A stretch of 64,000 nucleotides of DNA from an uncultured Gammaproteobacteria bacterium (GCA_963797555.1 CAWCPV010000005.1:160001-224000), one strand, 5' to 3'. Counted from the first letter of the stretch, positions 11,541 through 26,966 are shown. Made by a program: numbers and translations. Notes: generated by a model from the sequence alone, not told the origin.

Positions 11541-12135
11541 ATGGCCGACCGAACGGCCACCGTTACCCGCCAGACCTCAGAGACCCGAGTCGAGGTGATC
11601 CTCGGCCTCGACGGGTGCGGTAGCGCCGGGCTTGAGACGGGGATCCCCTTCCTGGACCATATGCTGGACCAAGTCGTGAGACACGGGATGCTGGATCTCA
11701 GAGTGAAAGCCTCAGGGGATCTCCACGTTGACGCCCACCACACCGTCGAGGACATCGGTATCTGCCTCGGGCAGGCACTGGTGCGCGCTGTCGGAGACAA
11801 GACGGGCATCCGGCGTTATGGTCACGCTTACGTGCCGCTGGACGAGACACTGGCTCGGGCGGTGGTCAACGTCTCCGGAACATCCCAGTCTTGAGTATCA
11901 CGTCCATTTCCCCAGGGCGCGCATAGGCGCCTTCGATGTGGATCTCGTCCGCGAGTTTTTCCAAGGTTTTGCGAACCACGCACAGGTGACCGTGCATATC
12001 GACCTGATGCGCGGCCGCAACGCTCACCACATCGCCGAAGCCGTGTTCAAAGCTTTCGGGCGCGCGCTGCGCATGGCGGTGGAACTGGATCCCCGTATGC
12101 GGGGGGCATTGCCGTCCACCAAGGGAAGCCTGTGA
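11541..12135 (+). CDS. hisB: Imidazoleglycerol-phosphate dehydratase (frameshift ~11880)
   Basis: [35 protein letters not shown]. Confidence 0.93.
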
Positions 12136-12160
12136 GCCGACGCATTCTCCGAGTTCCTTC

Positions 12161-12808
12161 ATGAGCACGGTCGCGGTGATAGACTACGGGATGGGGAACC
12201 TCCGCTCGGTAACCAAGGCGCTGGAGCACGTGGCCGAGAGCACCCGAATCGTCGTGAGCGCCGAACCGGCCGCGGTCATGGCAGCCTCGCACGTTGTTTT
12301 CCCTGGAGTAGGAGCGATCCGGGATTGCATGCACGAGTTGCATCGCTCCGGTCTTGACGAGGTGGTGCGCGAGTGCGCTCACACGAGGCCCTTCCTGGGG
12401 GTCTGTCTTGGGCTGCAAGCCCTGCTCGAGTTCAGCGAGGAAAACCAAGGGACACCGGGTCTGGGGGTGCTTCCGGGTACCGTGCGGCGTTTCCCGGACC
12501 ACACGGCAGATCGTGGCGGTACGGCGAAGCTCAAGATTCCCCACATGGGCTGGAACGAGGTCCATCAGGCATTCCAGCACCCGCTATGGCACGGTATTGC
12601 TCAGGACAGCCGCTTCTATTTCGTCCACAGCTACTACGTCGAGCCGCGCGACCAAGCGCTGGCGGCGGCCACCACGAGTTACGGGTTGGGCTTTGCCTCT
12701 GCCCTCGCCCATGGCAACGTGTTCGCGGTGCAGTTCCATCCGGAGAAGAGCCAGGATGTCGGGCTCACGCTCCTACAGAACTTCTTGAGGTGGGACGGCG
12801 CCTCCTGA
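12161..12808 (+). CDS. hisH: Imidazole glycerol phosphate synthase, glutaminase subunit
   Basis: DYGMGNL, GVCLGLQ, PHMGWN, QFHPEKS. Confidence 0.96.
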   Translation: MSTVAVIDYGMGNLRSVTKALEHVAESTRIVVSAEPAAVMAASHVVFPGVGAIRDCMHELHRSGLDEVVRECAHTRPFLGVCLGLQALLEFSEENQGTPGLGVLPGTVRRFPDHTADRGGTAKLKIPHMGWNEVHQAFQHPLWHGIAQDSRFYFVHSYYVEPRDQALAAATTSYGLGFASALAHGNVFAVQFHPEKSQDVGLTLLQNFLRWDGAS

Positions 12809-12968
12809 ATTCGGAACAGTCGGCTAGGACAGCGGTCGCGCCTGATTTCACAGCGACTTGCTTAAGATACCAAGCACTCCAACAGGGAGAGCACCTCTGG
12901 CTTGACGACCTCGCCGCACTGCGGCCGCAGTCCACGACGGTCCATCGCCATCCCCCGAGGAACATGAG

Positions 12969-13706
12969 ATGTTGTTGATCCCTGCCATTGACCTCAAAGA
13001 CGGCAAATGCGTTCGCTTGCGTCAAGGGCGCATGGAGGAGGAGACGGTGTTTTCGGACGATCCCGTAGCCGTCGCTACCCGCTGGGTCGAGGCCGGAGCC
13101 GAGCGCTTGCACATCGTGGACCTGAACGGTGCGTTCTCGGGGCACCCCGTAAACATCGATATCGTCCGTCGCATCGCCAGCGAGCACTCCCACATTACGC
13201 TGCAGGTAGGCGGTGGAATCCGCGACGAGGAGACCATCCAGACTTATCTGGACTCGGGCGTCCGTTACGTCATCCTAGGTACCAAGGCCGTCACCGCGCC
13301 CCACTTTCTGAGCGACGCCTGCCTGGAGTTCCCGGGGCACATTCTGGTGGGCCTGGACGCGCGCGATGGAAAGGTGGCAGTGGACGGTTGGTCCAAGCTG
13401 TCGCACCACGGCATCCTCGACTTGGCGAGGCGGTTCGAAAGAGATGGGGTGGAGGGCATCATCTACACCGATATCGCTCGCGATGGCATGCTGACCGGCT
13501 TGAACGTGCAGGCGACCGTCCATCTTGCCCGCTCCACGAAGCTACCTGTCATCGCCGCCGGCGGCGTCGGAAGCCTGGATGACATCCGAGCCCTCTGCCA
13601 GGCGTCCGGAGACGGGGTGGTAGGGGCTATACTCGGACGGGCACTGTATAGCGGTAACGTGGACTTCACAGAGGCACAGAGGCTTGCCGCGGAGTGCTCC
13701 GGCTGA
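12969..13706 (+). CDS. hisA: ProFAR isomerase
   Basis: [24 protein letters not shown]. Confidence 0.96.
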   Translation: MLLIPAIDLKDGKCVRLRQGRMEEETVFSDDPVAVATRWVEAGAERLHIVDLNGAFSGHPVNIDIVRRIASEHSHITLQVGGGIRDEETIQTYLDSGVRYVILGTKAVTAPHFLSDACLEFPGHILVGLDARDGKVAVDGWSKLSHHGILDLARRFERDGVEGIIYTDIARDGMLTGLNVQATVHLARSTKLPVIAAGGVGSLDDIRALCQASGDGVVGAILGRALYSGNVDFTEAQRLAAECSG

Positions 13707-13708
13707 AC

Positions 13709-14479
13709 ATGGCGCTGGCAAAACGCATCATCCCCTGCCTCGATGTAGACCAAGGCCGCGTGGTCAAGGGGACGCGCTTCCTGGAGATCCGCGACGCGGG
13801 GGACCCGGTGGCGGTGGCGGCGCGTTATGACCGGGAAGGCGCGGACGAGCTCACTTTTCTGGACATTACCGCGAGCGCCCATGGTCGCGATACCATTCTC
13901 CACGTCGTGGAGAATGTCGCTGTCCAGGTGTTTATCCCGTTGACGGTCGGTGGAGGGATCCGTAGCCTTGGCGACATACGCCGGCTGCTGAACGCGGGAG
14001 CCGACAAGGTCGCCATCAACACGGCCGCTGTCACGAACCCCGAGTTCGTTGGGGAGGCCGCCGCACGCTTCGGATCCCAATGCATCGTGGTGGCCATCGA
14101 CGCCAAGCAGGTAGCGAACGATCCGGCGCGATGGGAAATATTTACGCATGGCGGCCGCAAGGCCACCGGCATCGACGCCGTCGCCTGGGCATCGCAAATG
14201 GCGCAGTTTGGCGCAGGGGAGATCCTGCTGACCAGCATGGACCGGGACGGCACGCGCATGGGTTTCGATCTCGCCCTGACCAGAGAGGTCAGCGACGCGG
14301 TGGCCGTGCCCGTCATCGCCTCCGGTGGAGTGGGCACGCTCGATCACTTGGTCGAGGGCATTGTCGAGGGAAAGGCGGACGCGGTCCTCGCCGCCAGCAT
14401 ATTCCATTACGCCGAATACACCCTGCAGCAGGCCAAGCGCCACTTGGCCACGCATGGTGTAGTGGTGCGCCTGGTGTGA
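13709..14479 (+). CDS. hisF: Imidazole glycerol phosphate synthase, cyclase subunit
   Basis: [26 protein letters not shown]. Confidence 0.96.
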   Translation: MALAKRIIPCLDVDQGRVVKGTRFLEIRDAGDPVAVAARYDREGADELTFLDITASAHGRDTILHVVENVAVQVFIPLTVGGGIRSLGDIRRLLNAGADKVAINTAAVTNPEFVGEAAARFGSQCIVVAIDAKQVANDPARWEIFTHGGRKATGIDAVAWASQMAQFGAGEILLTSMDRDGTRMGFDLALTREVSDAVAVPVIASGGVGTLDHLVEGIVEGKADAVLAASIFHYAEYTLQQAKRHLATHGVVVRLV

Positions 14480-14483
14480 CGGC

Positions 14484-14876
14484 GTGAATACTTGGCTGGA
14501 TCAGGTCAAATGGACGAAGGACGGTCTGGTACCCGTCATCGCCCAAGATGGGGCGACAGGAAGGGTGCTCATGTTCGCCTGGATGAGTCGTGAGGCCCTT
14601 AGCTTGACGGCTCAGGAAGGCCGGGCAGTGTACTGGTCGCGATCCCGCAACAGGCTGTGGCGCAAGGGCGAGGAGTCGGGTCATGTCCAGCGCGTGCGGC
14701 GCATCGCCCTGGACTGTGACAATGACGTTGTCTTGCTGACGGTGGAGCAAGAGGGCGGTATCGCCTGCCACACCGGGAGGCAGAGCTGTTTTTTCCAGCA
14801 ACTCATGAGCGATCGTTGGGTGACGGTGGACGCCGTGCTCAAGTCGCCGGATGCCATTTACCGGGCGAGGGAATAG
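14484..14876 (+). CDS. hisI: Phosphoribosyl-AMP cyclohydrolase
   Basis: [24 protein letters not shown]. Confidence 0.95.
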   Translation: MNTWLDQVKWTKDGLVPVIAQDGATGRVLMFAWMSREALSLTAQEGRAVYWSRSRNRLWRKGEESGHVQRVRRIALDCDNDVVLLTVEQEGGIACHTGRQSCFFQQLMSDRWVTVDAVLKSPDAIYRARE

Positions 14877-15191
14877 ATCTTGGAGGGGCCTTACGGACGC
14901 TGACGACGGTTTTCGAAGAGCGCGAGGGTGGCGCGTCCGGGATGTCGTGTGTCACCCGCCTGGATGCGCTATCCAAGAAGATCGGCGAGGAGGCATTTGG
15001 AATTGGCCATCGCCGCTAAGGACCCCGATCCCGAGCACATCGTCCGCGAGGCTGCCGACCTCTGGCTCCATACGTAGGCGGTACTCGCCCGTCTCAACCT
15101 CCGGCCCGAGTTGGTTCTTCGCGGGCTGGAGCGGCTCTTCGGTACGTCCGGGCTCGACGAGAAGGCCACACGTACCCGACACACTGGGTGA
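14873..15191 (+). pseudogene. hisE: Degraded phosphoribosyl-ATP pyrophosphatase
   Basis: KKIGEEA, IAAKD, EAADLWLH, FGTSGLDEKA recognisable; no ATG, frameshift ~14998, in-frame TAG at ~15075. Confidence 0.8.
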
Positions 15192-15259
15192 GCCGTCGGT
15201 TCCTTGTGGGGGGCCACGCGTGCCGCCTTTCAGCCAGCCCGGCCTATAAGGAGGAAGCT

Positions 15260-15598
15260 ATGCCTGAGGGTTGTCTCTTCTGTAAGATTGCGCGTGGCGA
15301 CCTTCCGTCGGACTTTGTCTACGAGGACGGGGATGTGGTAGTGTTTAAAGACATCCACCCCAAAGCTCCCGTCCACCTCCTAGTCGTTCCCCGTCTGCAC
15401 ATCCCAAGCCTGGAGGACTTGCAGGTCGGGCACGACGCCCTGATCGGTCGGGCCGTCCGCCTGCTCCCGGAGTTGGCCCAGGCACACGGCCTGAGGGACG
15501 GGTTCCGCACCGTCATTAACACCGGGCGCGGCGGCGGACAGGAGATATTCCACCTGCACATCCACCTGCTGGGCGGCGGACGCCTGCCCGGGTTCTGA
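15260..15598 (+). CDS. Histidine triad (HIT) nucleotide-binding protein
   Basis: [15 protein letters not shown]; RBS AAGGAGG. Confidence 0.93.
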   Translation: MPEGCLFCKIARGDLPSDFVYEDGDVVVFKDIHPKAPVHLLVVPRLHIPSLEDLQVGHDALIGRAVRLLPELAQAHGLRDGFRTVINTGRGGGQEIFHLHIHLLGGGRLPGF

Positions 15599-15615
15599 GA
15601 CGACTGGAGGTCGTG

Positions 15616-15846
15616 ATGGGTATCAGTATCTGGCAACTGCTGATCGTTTTCTTGATTGTTGTGGTGCTATTCGGGACCAGCAAACTCCGCAACATCGGCG
15701 GCGACCTAGGCGCCGCGATCAAAAACTTCCGTGAGTCCATGCGCGAAGGCGAGCAATCAGCCGGTGACGCCGAGCACATCGAGCAGAAGGAACAGGGGCG
15801 CGTGATAGACGGCGAGGTCACCGGCCGACGCAAGGAGAAGGTGTGA
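15616..15846 (+). CDS. tatA: Tat translocase TatA
   Basis: [24 protein letters not shown]. Confidence 0.95.
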   Translation: MGISIWQLLIVFLIVVVLFGTSKLRNIGGDLGAAIKNFRESMREGEQSAGDAEHIEQKEQGRVIDGEVTGRRKEKV

Positions 15847-15850
15847 TGCC

Positions 15851-16195
15851 ATGTTTGACATTGGTTTCTGGGAGATCACCGTCGTACTGGTGGTGGCCCT
15901 AATAGTCGTCGGACCCGAGCGATTGCCTGGCCTCGTGCGCACGGTCGGGTACTGGGTGGGCAAGGCGCGCCGCTTCGTAGCCACGGTGAAGGCAGATATC
16001 GAGCGGGAGCTGAACACAGAGGAGCTGCGAAGTCTCCTCGACAAGCAGTCGCGGGAAATGGCGGATCTCCGCGAGATGCTTGACGAAACGAAAGCGGCAG
16101 TGGACGCGAGACACCTCGCCCAGCGCCCTGCGGAGAAAGACCGGTCGCGCACGGATCAGGGCGACGGCCTGCCACCCCATGACCCCCCGCAGTAA
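15851..16195 (+). CDS. tatB: Tat translocase TatB
   Basis: [14 protein letters not shown]. Confidence 0.95.
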   Translation: MFDIGFWEITVVLVVALIVVGPERLPGLVRTVGYWVGKARRFVATVKADIERELNTEELRSLLDKQSREMADLREMLDETKAAVDARHLAQRPAEKDRSRTDQGDGLPPHDPPQ

Positions 16196-17090
16196 CCCAC
16201 CTCCCGGCGGGGCCGAACAGTCCTTTATTTCGCACCTGATCGAGCTGCGCAGCCGCCTGTTGCGCAGCGTGCTAACCGTGATTGTGCTCCTGGCCGCCCT
16301 GATGCCGTTCTCCCAGAGGATTTACACGCTGCTGGCGGACCCTCTTATGCGTCATCTGCCAAAGGGAGCGACCATGATCGCTACTGAGGTCGCCTCCCCC
16401 TTCCTGACACCGTTCAAGCTGACCTTGGTCGTCGCTATCGTTCTGGCGATGCCCATGATCCTCTACCAGATCTGGGCCTTCGTCGCGCCGGGGCTTTATC
16501 AGAGCGAACGGCGCATCGTTCTCCCGCTGGTAGTCTCTAGCGCTGCACTCTTTTACCTCGGAATGGCATTCGCGTACTACGTCGTATTCCCAATGGTTTT
16601 CGCCTTCTTTACCTCCGCCGCTCCCGAGGGGGTGACGGTGATGACCGACATCAACAAGTACCTCGATTTCGTCCTGACGCTGTTCTTCGCCTTCGGCGTG
16701 GCGTTCGAGGTTCCCGTAGCGACGGTGCTGCTGGTGTGGGCAGGCATCACTTCACCGGAGGCATTGGTTGCCAAGAGACCATACATCATCGTCGCGGCCT
16801 TCGTGATCGGTATGCTCCTCACCCCTCCGGACGTGATTTCGCAAACCTTACTAGCCGTGCCCATGTGGATGCTGTTCGAGCTCGGGGTAGTGCTCAGCCG
16901 GTGGCTTCTGCGGACTCAGCTCCAAAAAGCAACGCATCCGGCCTCTTCCGGTGCCGTTCCCGACACGGATCTGGATCGCGAACTGCAAAGTATCGAGCTC
17001 ATAGAGCAGCAGTTCGCGGAAGGCCCACCATCGGGTCGGCCACCCGGTGACCCGAACGGCGGACACCGGCCGAATGACGGCTCGCCCTAA
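16179..17090 (+). CDS. tatC: Tat translocase TatC
   Basis: [27 protein letters not shown]. Confidence 0.95.
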   Translation: MTPRSNPPPGGAEQSFISHLIELRSRLLRSVLTVIVLLAALMPFSQRIYTLLADPLMRHLPKGATMIATEVASPFLTPFKLTLVVAIVLAMPMILYQIWAFVAPGLYQSERRIVLPLVVSSAALFYLGMAFAYYVVFPMVFAFFTSAAPEGVTVMTDINKYLDFVLTLFFAFGVAFEVPVATVLLVWAGITSPEALVAKRPYIIVAAFVIGMLLTPPDVISQTLLAVPMWMLFELGVVLSRWLLRTQLQKATHPASSGAVPDTDLDRELQSIELIEQQFAEGPPSGRPPGDPNGGHRPNDGSP

Positions 17091-17265
17091 CGGAGGACGT
17101 TACGTCCAGTCACGTATTCGCCCTATGGCGAGCAGAGCGGCCCCGAGTGCGCGTTACCCTGCTCAGATGCCGCTCCTGGCATTCTCGTACGCCAACTCCT
17201 TGGCGCTCATGGGCGTCCACCGGCGAGCTTGCTAGGATAGTCCCTGGGGTATAAACAGACCGGCG

Positions 17266-18492
17266 ATGGAACCACTTTACGGTCGGCGCGTATTGGTCGG
17301 CGTGACCGCCAGCATTGCCGCATACAAGAGCTGCGAGCTGGTTCGGCGTCTACGCGATCATGGCGCCGAGCCGCGCGTCGTGCTCACCCCCGCGGCCTCG
17401 GAGTTCGTCGGTACCGTTACCTTTCAGGCTCTGAGCGGGCAACCTGTACGGGTGCTGCTGCTGGATGCGGAGGCCGAGGCTGGCATGAACCACATCGTCC
17501 TCGCCCGGTGGCCCGAGGCCATCCTGGTGGCGCCGGCGACCGCGGATTTTTTAGCCCGGCTCGCCCACGGCCTGGCCGATGATCTGTTGACAACCCTGTG
17601 CCTCGCGACTACAGCGCCGCTCGCCGTGGCTCCGGCCATGAACCACCAGATGTGGGTCAACCCCGCCACACAGGCCAATTGCAGTCTGCTGCGCGAGCGC
17701 GGGATCACCGTGTTGGGCCCGGCGGAGGGAGAACAGGCCTGCGGGGACACCGGCACCGGTCGCATGCTGGAGCCCGAACTGCTGCTGCAGCATCTAGCAC
17801 GAACGCTGTCTCCGCAGTACCTCACGGGGCTACGGGTGCTGGTCAGCGCCGGCCCTACCCGAGAGGATATCGATCCGGTTCGTTTCATCAGCAACCGCAG
17901 TTCCGGGAAGATGGGGTTCGCCATCGGGCAGGCCGCCGCCGAGGCGGGCGGCGACGTGACTCTCGTGACAGGACCGGTAGCACTTTGCACGCCAGCCGGA
18001 GTACACCGTGTGGACGTCCAGAGCGCGTCCGAAATGCGCAGAGCGGTTCTGTCCCGGGTCCGTTCCAACCATATCTTCATCGCAGCGGCCGCTGTGGCGG
18101 ACCACGTCCCGGAGCACCGCGCGGACCACAAGCTGAAAAGGACACCCTATGGCCTGGATCTCAGCCTCGTCCCAGCCCCCGACATCCTGGGGCAAGTCGC
18201 GGGTCTTCGGCGCCGCCCCTTCGTCGTAGGATTTGCAGCCGAGACCGAAGATCTGCAGACGCGCGCCCGAGCGAAGCTGAGGGCGAAGGGGCTCGACGTA
18301 ATAGCCGCCAACTTGGTGGGTACCGAAGGGACTGGCTTCGAAAGCGACGAGAATTCCCTTACGGTGCTGTGGGATAACGGAAAGCACGACATTCCGCGCG
18401 CCTCCAAGCTTGCGGTAGCTCGGGAACTCGTGCAACTGGTCAGTGATCGATACCGTGAGAAGAAAGGTTCAGATCAAAATCCTGGATCCTAG
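17266..18492 (+). CDS. coaBC: Bifunctional PPC decarboxylase/synthetase
   Basis: [38 protein letters not shown]. Confidence 0.96.
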   Translation: MEPLYGRRVLVGVTASIAAYKSCELVRRLRDHGAEPRVVLTPAASEFVGTVTFQALSGQPVRVLLLDAEAEAGMNHIVLARWPEAILVAPATADFLARLAHGLADDLLTTLCLATTAPLAVAPAMNHQMWVNPATQANCSLLRERGITVLGPAEGEQACGDTGTGRMLEPELLLQHLARTLSPQYLTGLRVLVSAGPTREDIDPVRFISNRSSGKMGFAIGQAAAEAGGDVTLVTGPVALCTPAGVHRVDVQSASEMRRAVLSRVRSNHIFIAAAAVADHVPEHRADHKLKRTPYGLDLSLVPAPDILGQVAGLRRRPFVVGFAAETEDLQTRARAKLRAKGLDVIAANLVGTEGTGFESDENSLTVLWDNGKHDIPRASKLAVARELVQLVSDRYREKKGSDQNPGS

Positions 18493-18913
18493 GCTCGGTA
18501 AGGAATTCCCTCTGCCACGGTACGCTACGGAAGGTGCCGCAGCATTGGATCTACGCGCCTGCCTGAAGTCCGCCCTGCGCATCGAGCCCGGAGAGACGCA
18601 TTTGATCCAGAGCGGTGTGGCTGTGTACATCGCTGACCCCTCGCTCGCCGGCGTACTGATCCCACGGTCCGGGTTGGGCCATCGCCACGGCATCGTCTTG
18701 GGCAACTTGGTGGGCCTCATCGATTCAGACTACCAGGGCGAGATCTTGGTCTCTTGCTGGAACCGTGGCCGCGAACCCTTTACTATCCAGGTAGGTGAGC
18801 GCATCGCTCAACTGATGTTGGTCCCCGTTGCAAAGGTGGACTTCGACATCGTAGCGGAGTTTGCTGCCACCGCTCGCGGCGAGCAGGGTTTCGGCCATTC
18901 GGGCCGGCATTGA
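18455..18913 (+). CDS. dut: dUTPase
   Basis: [26 protein letters not shown]. Confidence 0.96.
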   Translation: MRRKVQIKILDPRLGKEFPLPRYATEGAAALDLRACLKSALRIEPGETHLIQSGVAVYIADPSLAGVLIPRSGLGHRHGIVLGNLVGLIDSDYQGEILVSCWNRGREPFTIQVGERIAQLMLVPVAKVDFDIVAEFAATARGEQGFGHSGRH

Positions 18914-18972
18914 GAGAGAAACGAGTAGTCATCGGGAAGCAGACTGGTCAGAGGGCGTGGCAATCCGCCGCG

Positions 18973-21444
18973 ATGTGTCGGTTCCCACTGCTCTATGCGC
19001 TACTGGCCCTGGCCGCGTGCGGCGGCGGTTCCCAGGCGGTCCCTGGCGCACAGGCGGGCAGGGAGCGAGGGGCGGCAACACCCCCTCAGATTGCGTCGGT
19101 CGCAGACGCGCTCGCGCGACGCGTCCAGGGCCTGCGGGAGGAGCTACGGATCCACACGCTGGACGGGCGCGTGCGCGACGCATTACGCAGCCAACGTCCG
19201 CAGGACGTAGCTACCGCTGAGCGGTCTCTGCGCGGGAGCCTTCCGCAGGCCATCGCGGTGCGCGTGGTGGGGCGCGATTGGATGCGGCTCCTGCCGAAGG
19301 CAGGCCCGAATCTGCACTTGGCGGACATCGACATGGTACGGCGAGCCGAAACCACCGGGCATCCGCCTCCCGCGGAGGTCCATCGCATTGGCAAGCCGGA
19401 CGCACATGTCACCCTTGTCGAGCCGGTGCTGGACGCAAGCGGAGAGGTCCTCGGGGCCATCGTCGCCGCCTGGCCCTGGACACTCTTTCGGGAACCGTTC
19501 GATGACGCGAAATACCCACAGGGACTGGGCCTCGTTCAGACCGTCGGAGGTCGGGACGAGGTGGTCATCAAGGGAAGGAGCGGACTGCGCCCCGGGGTGC
19601 GAACCGCCGCCCTGCCAGTCCCGGGCGCTGCCTGGAAACTCACGTACTGGCGTGCTCCCCCGGGCACGTCAGCGGACAGATTGGCAGCGGACTTCGTGGG
19701 CGGAGCACTCCTCCTGGGAGGCATCCTGTTCGGGGTCTGGGTCGCGCTGCGGCGTCGACAACGTTCACGCGAATACGTCGCGTGGCCGCGCGCGGGCGGC
19801 GACCAAAACGCGCCGCTGACGTTGGATCCCGCCGCCAGTTGCCACAACCAGGCGCTGGTCGATTCCGAGCCACGCGCCTCGGAGCAGCTACCCGGCGAGC
19901 CAGTGGCAGATCTCGAGGCCAGCCCGATTGAGGTATCCCATGGCAATGGCACCCGAGGTGCCGAAGTGTTGGAGGTCCTTGCGAGCGATAAGCCCGCAGC
20001 CAGCGGCGACGGGCGCGTTCCGGCTTCTATCTTCCGCGCCTATGACATTCGCGGCGTGGTGGGACAAACCTTAACACCGTACATTGTCTACGAGATTGGT
20101 CTGGCCATCGGCAGCGAAGCCCAGAAGCTCGGGGAACGACGCATCGTCGTTGGTCGCGATGGACGCCTGTCCGGGCCTGGCTTGGTGCGAGCGCTGGTCA
20201 ACGGTCTCAAGACCTCCGGCATGGAGGTACTGGACATCGGGATGGTGCCGACGCCGACCCTCTATTACGCCAGCGAACAACTACGCATCCCGTCCGGGGT
20301 TATGGTCACGGGAAGTCATAACCCTCCGGATTACAATGGCCTGAAGATCGTGCTCGGGGGTGAAACCTTAGCCGAAGCCGGTATCCAGCAGCTCCGGCAG
20401 CGCATCGAGACCCGAGATCTGCAATCAGTCGCACCCGTCGATGGATCATCCTCGAGCGGACCCCTCGGGACCGATGTTGGGCCCCTCGGATCGAATGTCA
20501 TCGCCGAATATGTGGGCAGAATACTAGACAAGGTCGTCATGGCCCGGCCCCTACGCGTGGTCGTGGACTGCGGGAACGGCGTCGCAGCCTTAGTGGTTCC
20601 GCGGCTGATCCGTGCCATGGGGTGTACGGTCGTCGAGCTGTTCTGCCAAGTCGATGGGCACTTTCCCAACCACCACCCCGATCCAAGCCAGCCCGAGAAC
20701 CTCGCCGCGTTGATCGAAAAGGTCTCTTCCGAAGGAGCGGATCTCGGTCTCGCGTTCGACGGCGATGGGGACAGATTGGGGGTGGTGGATAATCAGGGCC
20801 GGATCATCTGGCCAGACCGTCAAATGATGTTGTATGCGGCAGACGTGTTGACCAGGCATCCGGGCGCGACCATCATTTACGATGTCAAATGCACGGCCAA
20901 CCTCGAAGGGGTGATCCGCAACCGGGGCGGCCATCCTCTGATGTGGAAAACCGGACACTCCCTGATCAAAGCGAAGATGCGCGAGACAGGTGCTTTGCTG
21001 GCGGGAGAGATGAGCGGCCACATCTTCTTTCGCGACGACTGGTACGGCTTCGACGACGCCCCGTACGCCGCCGCCCGATTGCTCCAAATCCTGGGCCGCC
21101 AGCCCCACACCCCGAGCGCGGTGTTCGCCGCGTTGCCAGACGCCGTCAACACACCCGAGATGCGGATAGAGATGGCGGAGGGCGAGCACTTCGCTTTCAT
21201 GGACCGCGCGCTCGCGACGGTGGCCGCCGAGCCAGACCGGTGGTTTGCGGGTTCGGATATCACCACCATCGACGGGTTGCGTGTCGACTTCAAGGACCGC
21301 TGGGGCTTGGTGCGAGCCTCCAACACTACGCCCTCTTTAGTCCTGCGGTTCGAGGCCTTCAAGCCGGAGGGACTAGAGCAGATCAAGCGGACCTTCGGGG
21401 CATTCCTGCAAGTACTGGACCCTTCGCTACGCTTGCCTTTCTGA
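18973..21444 (+). CDS. algC: Phosphomannomutase/phosphoglucomutase with long N-terminal exported/TM extension
   Basis: FRAYDIRG, TGSHNP, DGDGDR, GEMSGH, RASNT; N-terminal LAAC lipobox and TM helix. ORF open from 18910. Confidence 0.9.
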   Translation: MCRFPLLYALLALAACGGGSQAVPGAQAGRERGAATPPQIASVADALARRVQGLREELRIHTLDGRVRDALRSQRPQDVATAERSLRGSLPQAIAVRVVGRDWMRLLPKAGPNLHLADIDMVRRAETTGHPPPAEVHRIGKPDAHVTLVEPVLDASGEVLGAIVAAWPWTLFREPFDDAKYPQGLGLVQTVGGRDEVVIKGRSGLRPGVRTAALPVPGAAWKLTYWRAPPGTSADRLAADFVGGALLLGGILFGVWVALRRRQRSREYVAWPRAGGDQNAPLTLDPAASCHNQALVDSEPRASEQLPGEPVADLEASPIEVSHGNGTRGAEVLEVLASDKPAASGDGRVPASIFRAYDIRGVVGQTLTPYIVYEIGLAIGSEAQKLGERRIVVGRDGRLSGPGLVRALVNGLKTSGMEVLDIGMVPTPTLYYASEQLRIPSGVMVTGSHNPPDYNGLKIVLGGETLAEAGIQQLRQRIETRDLQSVAPVDGSSSSGPLGTDVGPLGSNVIAEYVGRILDKVVMARPLRVVVDCGNGVAALVVPRLIRAMGCTVVELFCQVDGHFPNHHPDPSQPENLAALIEKVSSEGADLGLAFDGDGDRLGVVDNQGRIIWPDRQMMLYAADVLTRHPGATIIYDVKCTANLEGVIRNRGGHPLMWKTGHSLIKAKMRETGALLAGEMSGHIFFRDDWYGFDDAPYAAARLLQILGRQPHTPSAVFAALPDAVNTPEMRIEMAEGEHFAFMDRALATVAAEPDRWFAGSDITTIDGLRVDFKDRWGLVRASNTTPSLVLRFEAFKPEGLEQIKRTFGAFLQVLDPSLRLPF

Positions 21445-22347
<903 letters not shown>

Positions 22348-22349
22348 TA

Positions 22350-23020
22350 TCACCGCCTTGTTTCCCCCTCCTCCAACGTCAGTTCCTCCAGACGATGAAG
22401 ATCCTTGGCGTATTTCTTGTCCACGTCCGCTCGCTTGCGCTCTTGGATCTCAATGAACTCGACACTATTCTGGATTTGCGTCCGGGTCGCCTCCATCGCC
22501 GTGAGAAGTGCGTCAGGGACAGCTTCCGCGCGGCGCTCGCGTCCGGCCGCTTCGCCCAGCAGTTGCGCCAATTGCACCTTGAGCTTGGCAATCTGCACCT
22601 CAGTCGCACTGACCTCAGCGTCCATTGCCGCAATCCGGCGATCACGGACGGACTTCAATGCTTCTACCGTACCGAAGGTTTGACGGAGGAAATGGTCGTA
22701 GCTAGCCTGTTGGTCAGCACGCTGTTTGGCCTCATCCGTGTCGGCAGCATCTCCCACCTTACCTCGTGGCGAAGGCGCCTCCGGGCGGATGGTCTTGAGT
22801 GGCACCGCTTGCGGGTTGAGGATCTCCCGTTCCAGTGGGGCGGCGTTGGGGGGTAGACTGTCGCCATAGTGGATCTGACCGTGGTCGTCTATCCATTTGA
22901 GCAGTTCCCCACCCGACACGGTCGGAAGAAGCGTAAGCTCCAGCCACAGCGTGAGGATCGCTCGCCAGAGTGGGAAAACGCGGATACCAAGGCCACAGCA
23001 CAGCCGTCCTGTGCGGTGCT
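22350..23020 (-). CDS. DUF4124-type secreted coiled-coil protein (start uncertain)
   Basis: LLKWIDDHGQIHYGDSLPP followed by a coiled coil. Confidence 0.7.
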
Positions 23021-23026
23021 CGGCGC

Positions 23027-25558
<2,532 letters not shown>

Positions 25559-25597
25559 CTAGTGTTGCCTAGTCAGATTAGGAGTCTCCAAGCTCAT

Positions 25598-25613
25598 TGT
25601 TCCACGTGGAACA
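25598..25613. promoter_or_regulatory. parS centromere site
   Basis: Perfect palindrome TGTTCCACGTGGAACA. Confidence 0.9.
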
Positions 25614-25634
25614 ACTGATTCGCCATCATCATGC

Positions 25635-26738
25635 TCAAATCCGCATCGGCATGACAACATAGCGACTGGCATCATCGCCAGGCGTTTGGACCAGACAACT
25701 GCTGGCGGAATCCAGCAGCGTCAGCCTTACCTCCTCTGTACCGATTGAGCCGAGCACATCAAGGAGATAGTTGGCATTGAAGCCGATTTCCATCTCGCCC
25801 GCCTCGTAACAGACTTCCAACTCTTCTTCCGCCTCCTCCCGCTCTAGGTTGTGAGCCGATACCGTCAATCGCCCGGGCTTCAATTGGAGGCGCACCGTGC
25901 GGGACTGATCGCTGCTGAGGATAGCAACGCGAAGGAGCGCATTCCTCAGCGCCGAGCAGTTCGCCGTCAGAATCTTGTCATTGCCAAGCGGGACGACCCT
26001 CTCGTAATCGGGGAACCGCCCATCCACGAGCTTGGACGTAAATGTCAAGTGCGGCAGCGAGAACCTGATCTGATGCGTTCCCGCCCGAATCTCCACACGC
26101 GCCTCGGTGTTCTCCAGAACGCGGAGTAACTCCAACACCGCCTTACGCGGGACTATTAGCTGTAGTGGCTCGTCGAGCGTCAAGTCGACGCTCAGATCGC
26201 ACATGGCGAGACGATGCCCGTCTGTCGCAACGACCCGCAGGCGCCCAAGCGAGACCTCCATTAGCAACCCGTTCAGGTAATACCGCACATCCTGCTGGGC
26301 CATGCAGAAATATGTGCGGTCCATCAGGGAACGCAGATCCTTTTGCGCTAAAGCCACTACCGTGCCCTCGCCGGACTGCTCGCTACGGGGAAAATCTTGG
26401 ACGGGCAGGGTCGTCAGGCTGAACCGACTCCTCCCCGAACGCAGCACAGCCCTACCGGACTCTGCCGTTAACTCTACCACAGCCCCTTCGGGCAAGGCCC
26501 GAACGATCTCCAGGCACTTGCGCGCGGGTAGGGTGCATTCCCCCGCTCTGGCCTCGCTAAGCGGTATGGAGATGGCCACCCCTACTTCGAGGTCTGTGGC
26601 TTGCATCGTCAAGGAGTCAGCGGCCACTGATAGGAGGGTGTTCGCCAATATTGGAAGGGTCTGGCGACGTTCCATGATGTTGTTCACGAGCTGCAACGGC
26701 CGCAGCCACTCCTCACGCGGTATGCTTAGACTTATCAT
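25635..26738 (-). CDS. dnaN: DNA polymerase III beta clamp
   Basis: TLPILAN, ATDGHRL, GRFPDY, YVVMPMRI. Confidence 0.98.
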   Translation of the reverse strand: MISLSIPREEWLRPLQLVNNIMERRQTLPILANTLLSVAADSLTMQATDLEVGVAISIPLSEARAGECTLPARKCLEIVRALPEGAVVELTAESGRAVLRSGRSRFSLTTLPVQDFPRSEQSGEGTVVALAQKDLRSLMDRTYFCMAQQDVRYYLNGLLMEVSLGRLRVVATDGHRLAMCDLSVDLTLDEPLQLIVPRKAVLELLRVLENTEARVEIRAGTHQIRFSLPHLTFTSKLVDGRFPDYERVVPLGNDKILTANCSALRNALLRVAILSSDQSRTVRLQLKPGRLTVSAHNLEREEAEEELEVCYEAGEMEIGFNANYLLDVLGSIGTEEVRLTLLDSASSCLVQTPGDDASRYVVMPMRI

Positions 26739-26966
26739 TAAACTAACTTCAATATAACTTGGAATTGTTATTATAGATCCATGTTTGTCACGAGAGAACT
26801 AGGGGTTCTCTTTGCCCAACAAGTAGTTATCCTTTGAATTATCCTGTGGATAAGCTGGTATACACGGTGCCTGGCCTGTGGGTAACTATGGAACAAGGAA
26901 TAGCCCTATAACGGGCTGTTGTGGTCCTCAACAGGCTAGGCGGAGTTCCCAGACTGGATATCCCCA
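26739..26966. other. Probable oriC (dnaA-dnaN intergenic)
   Basis: AT-rich 26730-26790 with 13-mer-like GATCTATAATAAC on the minus strand; DnaA boxes TGTGGATAA 26845-26853 and TGTGGGTAA 26877-26885. Confidence 0.7.
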
